NCBI GenBank assembly: GCA_030141605.1
Contig: JAQGDQ010000329.1
Span: 1 to 64,000 of the forward strand
Source: Tubiluchus corallicola
Lineage: Eukaryota > Animalia > Priapulida
Direction: 5' to 3'
DNA: 64,000 nt
Shown: positions 34,771-58,351 of the stretch, in pieces
Layout of the letters: each line of letters opens with the position of its first letter
Position numbering within the stretch: position 1 is the stretch's first letter
Position numbers and translations under genes: made by a program
The notes under the pieces: generated by a model
What the model was told of the DNA's origin: nothing
Databases searched by the model: none
What the model saw: only the letters and a program-made list of their open reading frames with translations

Positions 34771-36589
34771 GCTGGTTATGGCATGAGCAGCCAAAAGACA
34801 ACCAGTACACAGGCATTTTCTAGATTCTTTAAGAGATGGTCGATGTGCCCTTTTGGATCCCTTAGATAGCGTTCAATATTGCGAATCTCGCTTTTTAATG
34901 CATCTGTGTCGGACTTGCTTTGCTTTCGTGCTAGTAGATTTACATTTTTGTCAAAGTACATGGGTACACAGCCCTCTGCTAATAAGTAAACTTATTTACT
35001 CTTTCAATATTTGAACTCATTTGAACTTGTTGCCTCATTTATTTTTTTTGTTTTGTTAAGTTGCTGATTATTTTATTTGTACATACCTTACTTGACAGGT
35101 CACTTAATTTTCTTCAGTTTGGATAGGGGTAGTTGACTTGGTGACCCTTGGTCTTTTCGCCACCCCATTTCTTTTCCGTCTTCATTTTAGTTTTTACATT
35201 TTGTTTATGTTTATTTTGTAACATTCAGAGACAAATAATTTTTTTACTTACTTACTTATTTTATATTGCGTCAGCATTAAAATAAATATAATTTTCATTC
35301 ACTATCCACATAGAAAAATGTTTATAAAATAAAACAATTCACTTATTAATAAATTGTCTCACTGACAATTTTAAATTCTGCACACAGTAATTTGTTCATA
35401 AGTTCACTGACTTATAGCCACAGAAAGCCCAAAAGTCATGCAAAATTGACTGATTGGTGATGTTGAAATGCAAAGTAACACAACCAAACTATAAGCTCTA
35501 AACTTGGAAAAGAAAATTTAGGGAAACCTTTATGACATTTTGTCCTAATGTGCAAATAAATTACCAGAAAAAAGACTGCTGTTAACCTTTCAATCAAAAT
35601 TTTATTCATGATACTTAACATAACATAACATAACATAACATAACATAACATAACATAACATAACATAATTTAAAATTTGGTTGGATATAAGTGTATTAAA
35701 ATTCAATTGTTTTTAATCGAATTGTTGGAGACTTGCCATAGTGCTAATTACCTTGTCATCATAAACTGGGTGAAATTTACTGGCTTCATATGTCAAAGTG
35801 TTGCGTGAATTACAGAACATCGCCTTAATCTGTCCTGTTGCAATACAGCAGCTAATTAAGCGCAGTGGAGCACCACACCCTTGTGTTACCTGCTCTCTTC
35901 CCAGTCAGTTTTTCCACGTTGTCTTGCACCGTCGAATGGCGATTCTATTTCCTGCAAAAGGAAGGGAAGTTCTATCTCCCTGTGATCATATTTTACGCTA
36001 TGTTTAGGTTGAGGTGGCAAATCGGGAAAAAGGACAAGTTACTAAAATTCGAATAAAAAAATTGCAAATCGGGAAAGTTGTTATGTCTGATATTTATTTT
36101 AACAGACGCTGATCTCGACTACAATTAGGTAGTGTAATTCAACTTCAATGATGCAGTCTATCGCCAGTATCAAAGCCCTACCTTGTTTTAAAACCAATCC
36201 TTATATCCTAGCTAATTAAGGATATATTAATTTAGAAAGAATGTAAGAGTAATACTTACCACACATGCACTTCTCGCATACTGAAGTGCAACTACTGCAT
36301 TAACAATACACTAAAGTCCTATGATCGGAAAACTATATCAACTAAAGCAATAAAAATACTGATGTGGAATTAGGGCAATGAAAGGTATAAACACTACAGT
36401 AATTTATAAAACAGGTAAACACAATGTCACAGTTAGTATTTCACACTCTACAGCAGCTACAGAACTGTATCAACTACAGTACCCGTACATATTAAACAAT
36501 GGTTCAAGTAAATCACGTGATACACGTAAGAATTCACGTGCAGCTGGGCAGCGAAATTATTATCAGCTTACTCAAAACTCACAAAAGTT

Positions 36590-37088
36590 TTTGAAAGTTT
36601 TTGAAAATAGGAAGATTTCTTAGGAAACAAAAATTAGAATATTCTCAGCCTTAGTTGAAACTGTATTTCTGTATAACTCTGAGCTCTGGACATTAAAAGC
36701 AAATCATAAAGCTGAAATCGATGCGTTTCAAAGGCGAAATTACAAAGACATTTTATGTATTAGATGGCCGAAGAAAATTTCAAACAAAGATCTATATGAA
36801 AAAATAAAAGAAGAACCTTGGACAAGGAAAATAAAAAGACGCCGTTTAAGATGGATTGGGCATATGTTTAGACTACCTGATGATATTCCAGTGAAGATAG
36901 CTCTTCAACAAGCCATAGAACCAGCTAAAAAACCTGCAGGAGGTCAAATGTTAACATATTTAGATTTTGCACAGAAACATTTAAACACTTCAGCATTGAG
37001 CCTTAGAAACAAATCCACTTGGGGCATTGCAGCGTGTAGGGAGTCCTGGTATAGAGAGGTGAGCAGAATCATGTCCCTGGACGTGTGA
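36590..37088 (+). mobile_element. RTE-clade LINE 3' fragment
   Basis: KIRIFSALVETVFLYNSELWTL...IDAFQRR...ILCIRWPKKISNKDLY...RRRLRWIGHMFRLP. Confidence 0.8.
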
Positions 37089-37385
37089 TTCATTGAAGAA
37101 AAAGAAGAAGGAAAGCGAAAACCCAAGTAACATCAACGGCTGCATTTCTCTCGTAGATAAGTCTGGGATAGAAAACAATGCTGACGCTATTTGTTACTGG
37201 ACAAGCTTTTATTAAGTCACGCCTTTCAAACTCCCTGTCTAAATTGTAATGAACGTATTTTCACACTAGAAAATGCATACAGCGCCGTCACTTGCGTAAT
37301 GAAATGGTTTCATGAAACCTATAGCCTAGCGACATTATAATAATACAACACGAGCGTAAAATGTTAAATAATATTAGCAGTAAGA

Positions 37386-37535
37386 GTTAATTATTAGAAA
37401 TATTTACAAGTGCTTTTTACATCGTAATTATATTTTGAAAATTAGAAAGCATGCAACGCATGTAATAGTTAATTATTAGAAATATTTACAAGTGCTTTTA
37501 CATCGTAATTATATTTTGAAAATGAGAAGGCATGT
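37386..37535. repeat. Tandem duplication of about 80 bp
   Basis: AGTTAATTATTAGAAATATTTACAAGTGCTTTT...GAAAA occurs twice. Confidence 0.85.
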
Positions 37536-39209
37536 ACTGCATGCGTTGCATGTATGGACTGCACTCCACTGATGATATGTCATCAACATTAGTCTTTTAA
37601 CTTGTAAAGTGAGATGCTGACCGGCATCAGTTTCTTTGTCACACTCAGAATGGCTTATTAATCCGTGAACAGTCTTAGTTTGGCAGACGAAACCGCTTAG
37701 AAACTGTTTGCTGGTAGTCGACCATCCGTTTATTTACCAAGCCTAGCACTGCTCACCTCATGACATCAGTACACACTGTTGTGAACGAATTCGCAAGTAG
37801 AACTATTGTCAAGTAAGGATAAAGAAGAGAATAGGGTAAAAAGAGGGGAAAATGGCGTAAGCGTGTTTTTGTAGATCGCATAGAAAATTTATTTTAATAA
37901 AAAGATTAGATAAAGATTAAAGTATAATTTTATCGTGTTATTTGTGTTATCAGCCGTTGTAGTCGTTGTGAAAGGTTTATGAAGTTTCTATTATTATCAT
38001 ATTTTGTATAATATAAGGACATTCAATACATGGTAACATCAAAATTGTTACTTCAACTGTAATAAATTATTATGTTTCATACAGTATCGTTATCATATAA
38101 GAATAATTGTACTGCAGTGGGCTAGAGAAGCAAAGGCTTGTATCAACCCACGGTTGTCTGAATCAGTTAAGAAATTCACGAATGAGTAGAAAAAGAACAG
38201 GGAGAAAAGTTAGATCACACAGGACAGGAAAAATGATGAGTTAGTGGAAATAGCAGGAAGAAAGATAGTAGATTGTGCGATGTTTACATAAACCTTAAAG
38301 TTTTTTACTTATATTAGTTGTATATGTATGTCCCCAAAGGAGACAACAGTATGTAACGGCAACGTTGTTGGAACGGCAAGGCTACTTACATTTAAGCAAT
38401 AACGTACAGAAGAACTAAAAAGAATAGACTGTGCCTTACATGTTAGGAGAGAGTAGTTGTAGTTCGTTACAGTAACGACAGTCACAGCATACGTGGCTAA
38501 AAATAATTTGTTTCTTACTATGAAAAAGTTCTGAAGGTAATTGCTAAGACACTAGAATACAGGTAGAATTCAAGTAAAATACAGGTGCGCTTTATTTATA
38601 TAAATCCTCAATAACACTATACATTGCTCTCTCAGTTTAAGTCACATGCTTACTCAGTGATCTATGAAAGCCAACTGCCCAGGTAAGTTTTTTCCATGCA
38701 AGCAAGGAAGCCAGCAATTCAATGAAGGTAAATTTTATGCAAACTAGTTCAAGGATGAAAGTTTACACTGTATATAAAGAAATAGACTTATTTTATAGCT
38801 GAAATTTCTTGTGTGGGATTTTTAATGTTTTAACAAGAAAATGTAATTATATGACTAATGATCATAATTAAGAGCTAATAAAAAATAGGATAAAGAAATC
38901 GTGAGCTTCACGACACTTACTTCAATTGTCTACTCTTCATTATCATTATCAAACTTTTCTCTTCATTATCTATTACACGAAGTTAAGAATGAAATATTCT
39001 AGTTCGATAGTTTTTATCGTGTCTGGGACCTATTACGTAATTTGTGTAAAAAAATTAATTACTGCCTGCAATAAGCTAAAACGAGAGCTGTCAAACACAA
39101 GCGAGATTTAACTATTTTTTGCAGCCCAATCAGAAAATAGGTGTTTTCGTTGTTTAGGAGAGAACCACCTAGCAAACGAGGTAGCAGCCATTAGTAACAG
39201 ACATCATAC

Positions 39210-39299
39210 TAACCTAGCCACTCGGGGAGGGGGAGGCAAGCCAGCCCAACTCAGTGCCGGTCCCAAGCCCGGCACTGATAAATAGGGAGGGTTAGGGTC
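39210..39299 (+). ncRNA. Twister ribozyme-like motif (type P1) at the 5' end of an RTE-derived element
   Basis: TAA-CCTA-GC-[P3 CACT...AGTG]-CCGG-TCCCAAGC-CCGG-(CACTG)-ATAAA-TAGG-GA-GGG. P2 is CCTA/TAGG, P4 is CCGG/CCGG, and pseudoknots are CCC/GGG and GC/GC. Confidence 0.65.
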
Positions 39300-39620
39300 A
39301 GGAAGGGCATCCGCCTGTAAAAACTGCGCCAAAACCTTCTATGAATGAGTCGGTGAGACTTTAAGGGAAAGTCGACAAAGAAGTGGTCAGACCCGCTCTA
39401 ATTTATGGGCTGGAAGCAGCTTCTCTAAAGAAGACCGAAGAGAAGAAAATGGGTGTGGTGGAGATGAGGATGTTGAGATGAATGGTGGGAATAACAAGAA
39501 GAGATAAAATTAGAAATAATAATATCAGTGGAACAGTAAAAATAGTGGAAGCCTTGCAAGATTGAGATGGTATGAACACCTGAAAAGAATAGTCGGTGAA
39601 CATCATGTGGGAAGGGAAGA
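39211..39620 (+). mobile_element. Non-autonomous/deleted RTE-clade retroelement remnant
   Basis: 5' twister/V-domain-like GCCGGTCCCAAGCCCGG...GGTCAGGAAGGGCATCC, then from about 39383 VVRPALIYGLEAASLKKTEEKKMGVVEMRMLR*MVGITRRDKIRN, typical of the RTE ORF C-terminus. Confidence 0.75.
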
Positions 39621-39864
39621 CATAAATGAAGAGATGGTCATAACATGAAAATTACACTAAACGCAACACAGTTATATTTTTCTAAAGTCGGGTTCTCGCC
39701 GCCAGTGTAATCGTAATAGCCTCTGGACGCTTCGAATCAGAGCTATGAAATATCACATCCGGAAACGAGATTAATAAACCAAAACACTGAAGATATTTAT
39801 CGCCTTTGAAACAGTGGCATAAGCCGCGTTCAAAATCTTGAGTAACTTAGTACATGTAATTGCA

Positions 39865-40302
39865 TGAAATTAAAAAGTAAATGTTGAAACCCACCGGATC
39901 TTCGAAGTGTGAAAGAACCTTTATAATTGAAACAAATAACTAGCTAGCAAAACACAAAACAGGAAGAGGAACCTACACTTGAGGGATTGGCGACGAAATA
40001 CTTGTAAGACAAGCCCTGGTCAGATGGGTGCAGACTTGATCCTGTCTGGGGCTCAACCTCCAATGAACCTTGATTAACTTAGTAGTTGTTAAATTAAAAA
40101 GTAAAATTAACGTTTTCTTAGTGTGAAAGAATTTTTGTGATTGAACCAAATAAGTAGCTTGCTAAACTTAAGACAGGAGGAAGAACCTATCCTTGAGGGG
40201 TTACCACACCCCCTCATTGGCGTCTAAACAGTTGTAAGACAAGCCCTGGTCGGGTGGGTGCAGACTTCGTCCTGTCTGGGGCTCAAACTCCACTGAACTC
40301 AA
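39865..40302. repeat. Tandem duplication of about 225-240 bp of a SINE-like segment
   Basis: TTGTAAGACAAGCCCTGGTC...GGGTGCAGACTT...TCCTGTCTGGGGCTCAA occurs at about 40002 and about 40232. Confidence 0.75.
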
Positions 40303-40697
40303 GGAAACAGAATACGGCACTTGTATTTATAGATTTTGCACAGGTGAAATAGACGAGTATTTCAAATTTAGCCAATCAGAAGGTCGGAGTTGTGAATTTC
40401 ATTCAGGCAAGTTTATTACATTTTGATTTTTTATTACAGGCACTTAAAACATTTATAGTTAAAACACCATCATTTTATTTAAACTTTTAATTTATGTAGT
40501 TAAAAATCATAACAAACGTATTGACAGAGATACTGCTGTCAGCATCAGAGACAAACATACAACTAGTTTAATAAGTAAACTTGAGCAGCAAAGTAGCCTC
40601 CTGGCGCCATCTGTAGCTTTGAATAGCAAAGATTTGTATCGCAAAAGTAGTACTACTACTTGTAGTAGTAGAGTAGTAGTAGTAGTAGTAGGCCTAA

Positions 40698-40755
<58 letters not shown>

Positions 40756-40985
40756 TGTGCATGAAGGTTTTGCATTTTATTACCATCGCACTTTTTCTCT
40801 TGCTACTAATTAACCAAACGCATCAAATGCCTTTGTACGGCTTAACAACATACTTCGGTATTAAATCCAATAGAGTTTACGTTCCTTTGAAATAAGAGTT
40901 TATCTTTTCACTTATTTTCGTGAAATTGCTTAGATAATTACCGATAAACAATTTTGATAGAAAGAACAAAAACAGTAGGAGCTTA

Positions 40986-41311
40986 AAGCCCCGAATCCCT
41001 ATCCTGCGCACGTGTCTGCGGGGGAGGTCAGTAACGAAGCTAGAGATCGTAAGGTGAGAAAGGGAATCTGGGAAAATTATGCAAAGTTGCAAACTTAATT
41101 TGCCAAGAGCAGTAGAGGCGAAAACCAGCCAGGTGGTGCCATCTACAGGCTGCAAGACAAACGGTTTTAGAAGCATACCATCGACTGCGCCCAGATGCTT
41201 GTAAAGTATCATAGACATAATTATAATTGCTCTAACATGGTGATTGTAGTGATCTATATAATAATTATGGGATATTCAAGCTGATATTGGATGAATGTAT
41301 TGAAGATCGAG
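40986..41311 (+). repeat. Second copy of the 20732-21072 repeat
   Basis: Direct sequence match. Confidence 0.85.
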
Positions 41312-41319
41312 TTACACAA

Positions 41320-41845
41320 TAAAAATTTTACTAACAGACGCCTGTATAACAGACCGGCGTTAGAAGAATCGTTGTTATTATCTGCACAATACGAGGTGCT
41401 CAATACAAACGAGCTTGGCCTATTCACAAGTTCTGGTTTGTACTAATTGCAGGTGTTGTAACGCTTGTGGGCCTAGTAGTTAATGACCTATTATCTGTTA
41501 TAACCGGGGTCGGCAGTAGGCCAGGCTTCGACACATTTAAAGGATAAGGCCCATTGACTGCATTAGCATAAGTTGACGGCTTAAAATTACTGTTTTCTAC
41601 AGAAGGTACTCTAGATACGTGATAGCTGTTGCTTTTTTTCACTCTGTACCAACGATCTTTGTCGTTTATACACAATTTCATACGTTCTGTTAACTTGCTG
41701 ACCCCCAGCCTACTAAAATGCAAGCCATCTCTAGCCATTAAGTTCTCATCTGTCAAATGGCTAACTAAATCACAAATTCTGACGTCATCTAATTCTGATT
41801 TTTCAATCTTATCAAGCAACTGGTCATTGTACTTGGCTCCTTGAT
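41320..41845 (-). mobile_element. CR1-like LINE ORF1 (SGNH esterase-like) fragment
   Basis: NLMARDGLHFSRLGVSKL contains the DGLH block typical of LINE ORF1 esterases. Confidence 0.55.
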
Positions 41846-42667
41846 CAAAACTGCCTGTGGCCCGCAGGAAAGTTTAATGTGGCCCGGCTAGTCAGATAAT
41901 TTGCACACCCCTGTTTTAACACAGCGCATAAAACGATAATATGATGCAACGTAATAAAATTATTATGATAATTTTTTTATCTGAGATATGCTATTAAACT
42001 GATTGGTAAAAAGGTATCAAAGTCACCCACCCCGTAAGCAATGTTGCTATTAGTAATTAATTACGTGCACAAATATATCAAGATGAAATTTTCAGAAATG
42101 GTGTGATAAAATTTTACATACGGAGCATTACTAAGTTGCTTAAGTAAATAAAGGAATGGTTAGTGTACTAAGATTGAACTTGTGAAATGTAGGTTTGAAT
42201 TTTAACATTAATAACAAGCACATAAAGACATAATAAGTATATTATTTATAATGCTGACATTAAGTATATGTGCTTATAGGAGCAATGAGAATGTTGAAGA
42301 CAAATCATAAAAAATGTAGGTTGACTCAGAATGACGCAAAATTATTTATTTATTATTTGTGTGCCTTTTTGCTTTCTCTGAAAATGGTGAAACTAATGAA
42401 AGCTGGAGAGCAAATTTTTGTTTAAACCCATCAAAATGGTGTGCAGTTTTGATTCATGCTCTAAAGAATTAAATCTACTCAATCATTTCACATCATCATC
42501 GTCATCACCGTCATCATCATCATCATCATATGCTCATTAATTACGTCTACTGGCCAGGCAGAACTCTAAAGTAAAATTTCACATCAGCAATCCTTATTGA
42601 TGTATCGAAGCTTAAGTGTCCATTGACATTAATCAGTATACTTCGGAAATCTGTTACTGTGAGACCA

Positions 42668-42775
42668 GAGACAGTCTAGTCTAGTGGTAACGCATCCGCT
42701 TTCACAGTAAGGGAGATCTTGAATTCAATATTGTGGTCGGGCAACACCAAAAAATGGTACCTGCTGTTGCCCTGT
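42668..42775 (+). mobile_element. tRNA-derived SINE head (degenerate)
   Basis: A-box-like TAGTCTAGTGGTAA and degenerate B-box GAATTCAATA, followed by GGTCGGG...AAAATGGTACCTGCTG; no intact cloverleaf. Confidence 0.5.
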
Positions 42776-42924
42776 ATCTGTATTGGGGGGGGGGGGAAGA
42801 GCGATAAAAGTGGAATAATAATAATCTCTGTTATGTAGGTGTAGTTTGTTATTTATAATCGGCGACAAAAGTTTAATGGCGTCTTGCGTTGTCTGTTGAA
42901 TTTTAAGCCAACCTTAAGTAAGGA

Positions 42925-43207
<283 letters not shown>

Positions 43208-43381
43208 ATCTATATATTAATTCTGCTGGCATATATGTGTATAAATATATATAAAATAATTAGTTTCAATTTAATTTAACAGTCTTAATAACAGACATGA
43301 TATAACACTGTTATAATAAATCGTAAAGGTACCGAAACAGACGTTTATCGCACATGTGAACTAAAGAGCTAAAAAACTTGT

Positions 43382-43662
<281 letters not shown>

Positions 43663-44410
43663 GTGGGGGAAGAGAGGCAAGAGACAGTTAAGATGATGAA
43701 GAATACTTACATGCTTTTCCGTTTATTAGAGTCAAACTAGCAAAAAGAACAATCAAAACAGACTTCATCCAAAATAGAAATAGTGTATTATTATCATTTT
43801 AGTGCATGATTTTACAAACTCACAATTAATTAAAGTTTGATATTAAACTTGAAAGACATGAAATGTGAAAAATTTGGAAACCTAGTGTTAGACTTAAAGC
43901 GGCCTCTGTCGCCTAGTGACCTGTAGCAGAAGGTTTCTGGTTCTCATCCAGGCTGCATTCCGTATTTTCCTATTTTCAGTTGTTCAAGTAATATCAGATA
44001 TTAATTAATTGCGTGTTTATAAATCAAACGAAAAACATGATATATCAACACTTGAGAATTAATGTTCTGTTACTAACTCTACAGGTAATTTCTGATATAG
44101 CATATATTACGTGTCTCTTACATATAGTAGGCTTTTGTTACCAGTGGCTGCAGACTCCGATTTCTGTGACATTAAATAATGAAATGAGCATTTTTGACCA
44201 CATCTGCATGTAATAAATGTCCCTTTAATTTTCAAGCTCAAATAACGCTCTTTTGCGAAACGTTATTTAGATGATATTGCAGATAAAACAGCAGATATTG
44301 CCCTAACAAGGATGATTTATTAAAAATAAATAATAAAAGTGAATTTCTTAATTTCTTCTCAGAGCAATCGGGAGTAAAATGCAATATTTCAGGGTGAAAC
44401 TACCACACTA

Positions 44411-44697
<287 letters not shown>

Positions 44698-45299
44698 CAC
44701 AGCAGGAATAAACGCACTCAGCCGTAAATTTTTTTTAATTTATAGAATAAAGAACACGTAACAATTTTTACTACTTGCTAAATAAATAGGCCTAGATAAA
44801 AACTAAGGCTATATTTAGTAGTATTATAACTAAACTGTTTAATAACACAAAAAATACGTTACCTTAATGAACGTTCGTTCACATTGGCTTCATTAGATGA
44901 AAAAGTCTGGGCTAAGTGGACCGTCATTATTTATACGAGGCTTGCCCAGGTTATGTAAATATAATGCTTAAGAAAATCTTGATATCATTGTGAATATCAA
45001 CAGGTGGGTACATTATGTCCACTCTTGATTTCATACGAGGCGTGTGTATCTATTTTGTGTTGTCACTTTCTTTATGTTATGGCACATCTGGGCTTGTGAC
45101 AGCATGTACATGCATAGCGCAAATACTTGTCATACCAGAGTACGAAATGACGTCTTTAGAAAGGTACAAACAGGTGAATGTAATGTCAATTTGGAGTAGT
45201 GTAAGCGTATAACTTTATTATCTGGTTTATTTTAGCTTAATCGACAATAGAAAGAAGGAGAAAGATGTGATGGTAACTGTATGAAGTAACATGAACTAT

Positions 45300-45945
45300 A
45301 GAAATGTAAGAATTGACATAGCCAGCAACACAGTGGATTCCGACGACAGCAGTGTAATTAATCAAATTGATATTCTGTATAATTAGAAAAGATTTCACTT
45401 TTAAATTTCTTTTGAAGTTATTTATAGATAAAGAATTTTTTATGTATTCATTGATGTTATTCCAAAGTGTAGGGCCAGTGTTAGTGATGAAGTGCCTTGC
45501 CGCGTCAGTCCTGCAATACTTAATACGAAATTCGTTAAATCTGGTTGAGTAATGTTTTACGTTAATAGATAATGGGTTTAAAAAGAAAGCGGGGTGAAGT
45601 TTATGTTTGGTTTTGTAGATGTACACAGCGGTATTCAGGTTTATTAGATCATTTAGCACTAGGATAGAATAATTCTTAAAAAGATTAAGACCTACATGTT
45701 CACGCTTGTTCAAATTAGCTGTCAATCTTATAAATTTACGTTGTAGAGAGTTTAGTTTAACTAGAGTTGAAGGGTAGGTGTGCCCCCAAAGTATATTACA
45801 GTAGGTTAAGTATGGCAGTACTAGACAATTATAAAGAGTGATTAGGTGTTCTTTTGTAAAACAATGTTTAACTCGACTGATTAACCCGATGTTTTTAGCA
45901 ACTTTAGAACGAATCATGTTTAAGTGTGGTTTCCAATCTAGGTTT
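45300..45945 (-). mobile_element. CR1/L2-like LINE ORF2 3' fragment
   Basis: NLDWKPHL...KVAKNIGLISRV...LYNCLVLPYLTYCNILWG...GPTLWNNI...FKRNLK. Confidence 0.8.
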
Positions 45946-46141
45946 TACGAGTGTGTGACTAGTTTTTAATAAGTCTATGTTTTAGACTCGTCGATGTTCA
46001 GAAAAAAGTTTAAGTCGGATCCATGTCGTCTTCAGTCATATTACATATTATGTTACGGTAGATCCGATGTCAGTAACCATTATTAAAATTGAAACAGTGT
46101 CAGATTTTTGATTACAGTAATCTTTGTGAAAATAATAGTAA

Positions 46142-46948
46142 CTAGCAAAGCCCCGCAAAAGATTTTGCGTAAAAAACCACGTATAATCAATAACACGCGA
46201 ACATCCTACATAGTCCTCATGTATAACGCAAAGCCCGTAACATCCTGCCTACTTACCTAACGCAAAACCTGTACTCGTGCCTACTGTATGTTTAACTAAC
46301 GCAAAGCAGCTTTTTGCTGAATTAAAGCTATAAGCAATAATGGATGACGTCAGCACAATGGAATTCGTCACAACAGTTTTCTAAGCGAAAATCGCCGAAA
46401 ATAGAACAGCTAATTAACTCGTCGGTACTCCTCTCGGTGGACCTGCCCTAAAATATAACCCACATCATCGTGTAGCCCTGTCCTTCCTCTTTGTAAAGAG
46501 CTATAAATCTCCTCCCGAGAGTCCCACCGGGCGCCGCTAGAACGTTTTTCCCGCAGGCTGTTTGGTCAAAATTTCGAAAAAATCGCGAGTTGGAAAACGC
46601 CTGTTGCGGGACGCCGTGGCCCTCTCGGGAATTCTAAATATGCCTACTACACCTACCGCTGAACGGGCTATCTATCCATACCCAGCACCCCCCTCGGTCC
46701 GTTCCCGTTCTCTACATCTCAGCCGTATAACTTTTGCAAAAAACGGCCGAAAAAGGGCCATTTTTGGAGGTTTTCCGCCTCCCCTTCCTTCCGGTGGGCC
46801 CGATTCGAAAAATAAAGTACCAATGGCACGACACTAGATCGAGACCTTTCGTTTGATATATAGATCGCCGCAAATGGTGCCCTCGTCGAAGCTGTAGCCT
46901 CGAATCTTATATATATATATACCAAGAATATTAATATAAGAGTATAGA
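46142..46948 (-). mobile_element. Non-autonomous Helitron
   Basis: Minus strand begins A|TCTATAC and ends CTAG|T, with hairpin CGCAAAA-GA-TTTTGCG about 8 bp before CTAG. No TSD; inserted in an AT dinucleotide. Confidence 0.8.
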
Positions 46949-46975
46949 TTTTAACGATAACAATCGTTTCGTGAT

Positions 46976-57019
<10,044 letters not shown>

Positions 57020-57746
57020 CTGCAATAAAAAGTTTTTAGCTTAAGGTAAGAAAACTACAGTTATTAATGTTAGTATTTAAAAAGTTTATTCAGCAGCTAA
57101 CTTTGAAAAATCTCCTGAAACATTAATAAGACTTGCTACGAATTTAACGCCTTACAAGACAAAAACTTTTCGAGATTTGAAGAAAAAGGCCCTATTGGTT
57201 TAGCGATATAAAAATTTAGCAATAAAATAGTTCAATTGTAATTATTTAAAATTATACCTTGTGCGAAGCTCTGGAATCGTAAACCTCTTCTTATGGATGT
57301 AAACCTTGTTGAGGGTACAAAAAGTTCCACTGAGGTCGTAACTATATTTCGTATTTTGTGACGAATATCACTTGTGAAATGCAGCAGATGTTTATCAAAA
57401 ATGCAGTTATCTAAGTGCGTAACGTGTGCCAATATGTACACGCAAAGTACACAACGAGACATAGATCACGGTGTATATAGTAAACTTTATACTCTTGAAT
57501 TTTGTTGTTGTTGTTGTTGAGAATGATTCTTTCGACACAGACTTCATCAACTGTGCAGAAACACGGTAATAAAATTACAGGTAAAGCTATATGTAAGTTG
57601 AAATGAAGGTACACACAGTGTCTTAAAGGTAAAGACTTAAAATTCACGAAGCAGCTATAAAAACGCAATGAAGCTAATAAAAGGTTAAATTAGAAAATTA
57701 TATATTTAAGTTGCTACAGTTAAAATTCATTCTAGTGTTCTCTCAC

Positions 57747-57931
57747 CTGTTAATCTTTATTTGTTCAACCGTCCAGTATTTCTTATACATTTTTCCGTAT
57801 TTCGTTTAACGGATGATAACAGCCATTTTTGTGTATTGGTCCTGATTTATCCAACACACAGAGAATCAATATGAGTAAAAAGCGGCATTTCAGACGAGGC
57901 CCGGCTGTGTAAACCAGCATCACTTTATATA
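57747..57931 (-). promoter_or_regulatory. Candidate TATA box and non-coding first exon of the GH16 gene
   Basis: The ATG at 57019 sits directly after a splice acceptor, so an upstream exon is implied. Minus-strand donor CAG|GTGAGA at 57747/57746 and TATAAA at 57930-57925. Confidence 0.35.
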
Positions 57932-58125
57932 AAATATTGGCCAAAAAAGATGATTCTGCTTGTTTCTTGTACATGAGCACCTAGTTGTGTCAACTTCTTC
58001 GTGTCAAACACAAAAGACCCTCTTGCACAAATTAAAAATAATGTTCGCTTCTTCTAAACCACAAATTCAATATGTAACATACTTAGAAAATCTAATGTTA
58101 TTGAATAAGAAATTCAGTTTTGCAG

Positions 58126-58325
58126 TGTTGATAATAAACGACAAAGACCTGTACTTTGCCTCAAAAATTAAAGACGCTGGGAGAGTACCTGGCAGCCAGG
58201 AACCCACCCGAAGGACCCAGCTGATCCGAGTTATAGTGTCGCGTTGTGAAAAGGATTTGGTGCAGATAAAGAAAGCCTATGACAAGCATGTGGGGGAGGG
58301 GGGGAATTGGTTGATGATATTACGA
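58126..58325 (+). pseudogene. Annexin C-terminal (repeat 3-4) fragment, probably a pseudo-exon
   Basis: Translation INDKDLYFASKIKDA...LIRVIVSRCEKDLVQIKKAYDKHVG matches the recalled annexin repeat-4 consensus (YFAERL...LIRIIVSRSEIDLVQIK). Preceded by TTTTGCAG; the GxGT region is garbled and no other annexin exons were seen. Confidence 0.7.
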
Positions 58326-58351
58326 TACGTGTTTTTAAAGAACAACAAAAT

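Larger units (their letters stand above)
30561..36012. repeat. Locally triplicated block: copy A about 30561-31690, copy B about 31866-32486 (5' part), copy C about 34988-36012 (3' part)
   Basis: Direct matches such as TCACACTTTCGTAATCCTGGTG (A,B), CTCATTTGAACTTGTT (A,B,C) and GAAAGCCCAAAAGTCATGCAAAATTG (A,C). Confidence 0.85.

Noticed and set aside
42668-42745. tRNA gene
   Set aside because: A-box present but B-box/T-arm degenerate and no acceptor stem; fits a SINE head better.
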